DNA of 64,000 nucleotides from Octopus sinensis (taxonomy: Eukaryota): assembly GCF_006345805.1 (NCBI RefSeq), contig NC_043003.1, positions 8,866,001 to 8,930,000 on the forward strand, in the 5' to 3' direction. Below the pieces are notes generated by a model. It saw only the letters and a list, made by a program, of their open reading frames with translations. It was not told the DNA's origin and made no database searches. This document shows positions 63,111-64,000 of this stretch, piece by piece (within the stretch, counting starts at the first letter, position 1; each line of letters begins with the position of its first letter). Both the position numbers and the translations under genes were made by a program.

Positions 63111-63473
63111 CTGCTTGCGTCTCAAATAATTATCCCAATAATGTAAACATTTTGCGATGCAGAAGTTTCCCATTATAATCACAGCTAAAGTTACCAAAAG
63201 TAATTGTCATCAAAATTAGTGAACCCTACCTAACCAGACTCAATCTGCTTAATGTTATTGGCCGAGTATTGTTACTGAAAATACTTTACCAGCAAACGAC
63301 CACAAGCAACGGTTTCTATTGCACTGTTCTAATACATGCTTCTAGTTCAGTTCCGTCTCTTAGCTCATTTTTTGTTTAAATTATGAAAATTACCTAGGCC
63401 ATATTATGTTCCACACATATTTTATTGTATAAATAAATCTAAGCCCTTTGGCTACTGGAGATAAGGTCGGACA

Positions 63474-63525
63474 GAAGTGCTGATGACGGTTACTGAGGCA
63501 GAAACGTTCCCGCGAGCGTCCTCTT
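63474..63525 (+). ncRNA. Hammerhead motif with full stem III
   Basis: GAAGTG-CTGATGA-(14 nt)-GAAAC-GTT-cccgcg-AGC-GTC-CTCTT; stem II poorly paired. Confidence 0.5.
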
Positions 63526-63799
63526 ACCCCAAGACAATAAATAAGTTGTACTTTTCTTTAATGGCGTGTCAGTTTTGGACAATTCTTAAATCTTGAAGTT
63601 CTCTCTTTTCTCAAGTGGAACTGGTTCTAGTTACCGTTTTGTAATTATCATAGTCTTCTAAAAGTGGAGATAATTTTAATGAATCAAGAATTTACATTGT
63701 ATGGTATTTGATATAACTGTACTTGTCTACGTTGTTCAAATGCATGCTCAAATACTGGCCACTCTGAGTTATTCCTTTAGCTCATTAAATAAGGTTAGG

Positions 63800-63845
63800 C
63801 AGTGGTGCTGATGACGGCTGTTGAGGTAGAAACGTGTCCATACTG
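63800..63845 (+). ncRNA. Minimal hammerhead motif
   Basis: CAGT(G)GTG-CTGATGA-(14 nt)-GAAAC-GT-GTC-CATACTG; 7-bp stem I with one bulge; stem II poorly paired. Confidence 0.55.
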
Positions 63846-64000
63846 TAATCTTTTAGCACTAAATGCAACAGACTGCAATTGAATATTATCCAGCCTTGAC
63901 CACATCGTCTGAATCTCAAACTATATAGTATTCAATGAAAACCTTTAAGTCAGTATATAAGTAACATGAAAGAGGTTTAGCTGCTATTTCTAGTGGGTCC

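Overview
AT-rich eukaryotic genomic DNA. Its repeat families look like those of an octopod cephalopod (inferred from repeat content, not database-checked). Most of the window is transposon debris and microsatellite: three tRNA-derived SINE families in dozens of copies, RTE-LINE 3' ends, a full-length decayed mariner with shorter mariner derivatives, a Tigger/pogo pseudogene, Helitron/Helentron-type and piggyBac-type non-autonomous elements, and very long (TA/CA)n tracts. Almost all ORFs in the supplied track are microsatellite translations or transposase remnants. The only host-gene signal I can support is a candidate first coding exon at 30583-30669 (+). The most interesting layer is not in the ORF track: about ten minimal type-I hammerhead ribozyme motifs (CUGANGA...GAAAC, several with a palindromic loop III) of the kind known from Penelope-like elements and retrozymes. 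They occur with tandem pseudo-LTR-like repeats, possible GIY-YIG remnants and a series of fold-back palindromes anchored on (TA)n tracts. SINE and microsatellite boundaries are approximate; all pairings were worked out by eye.
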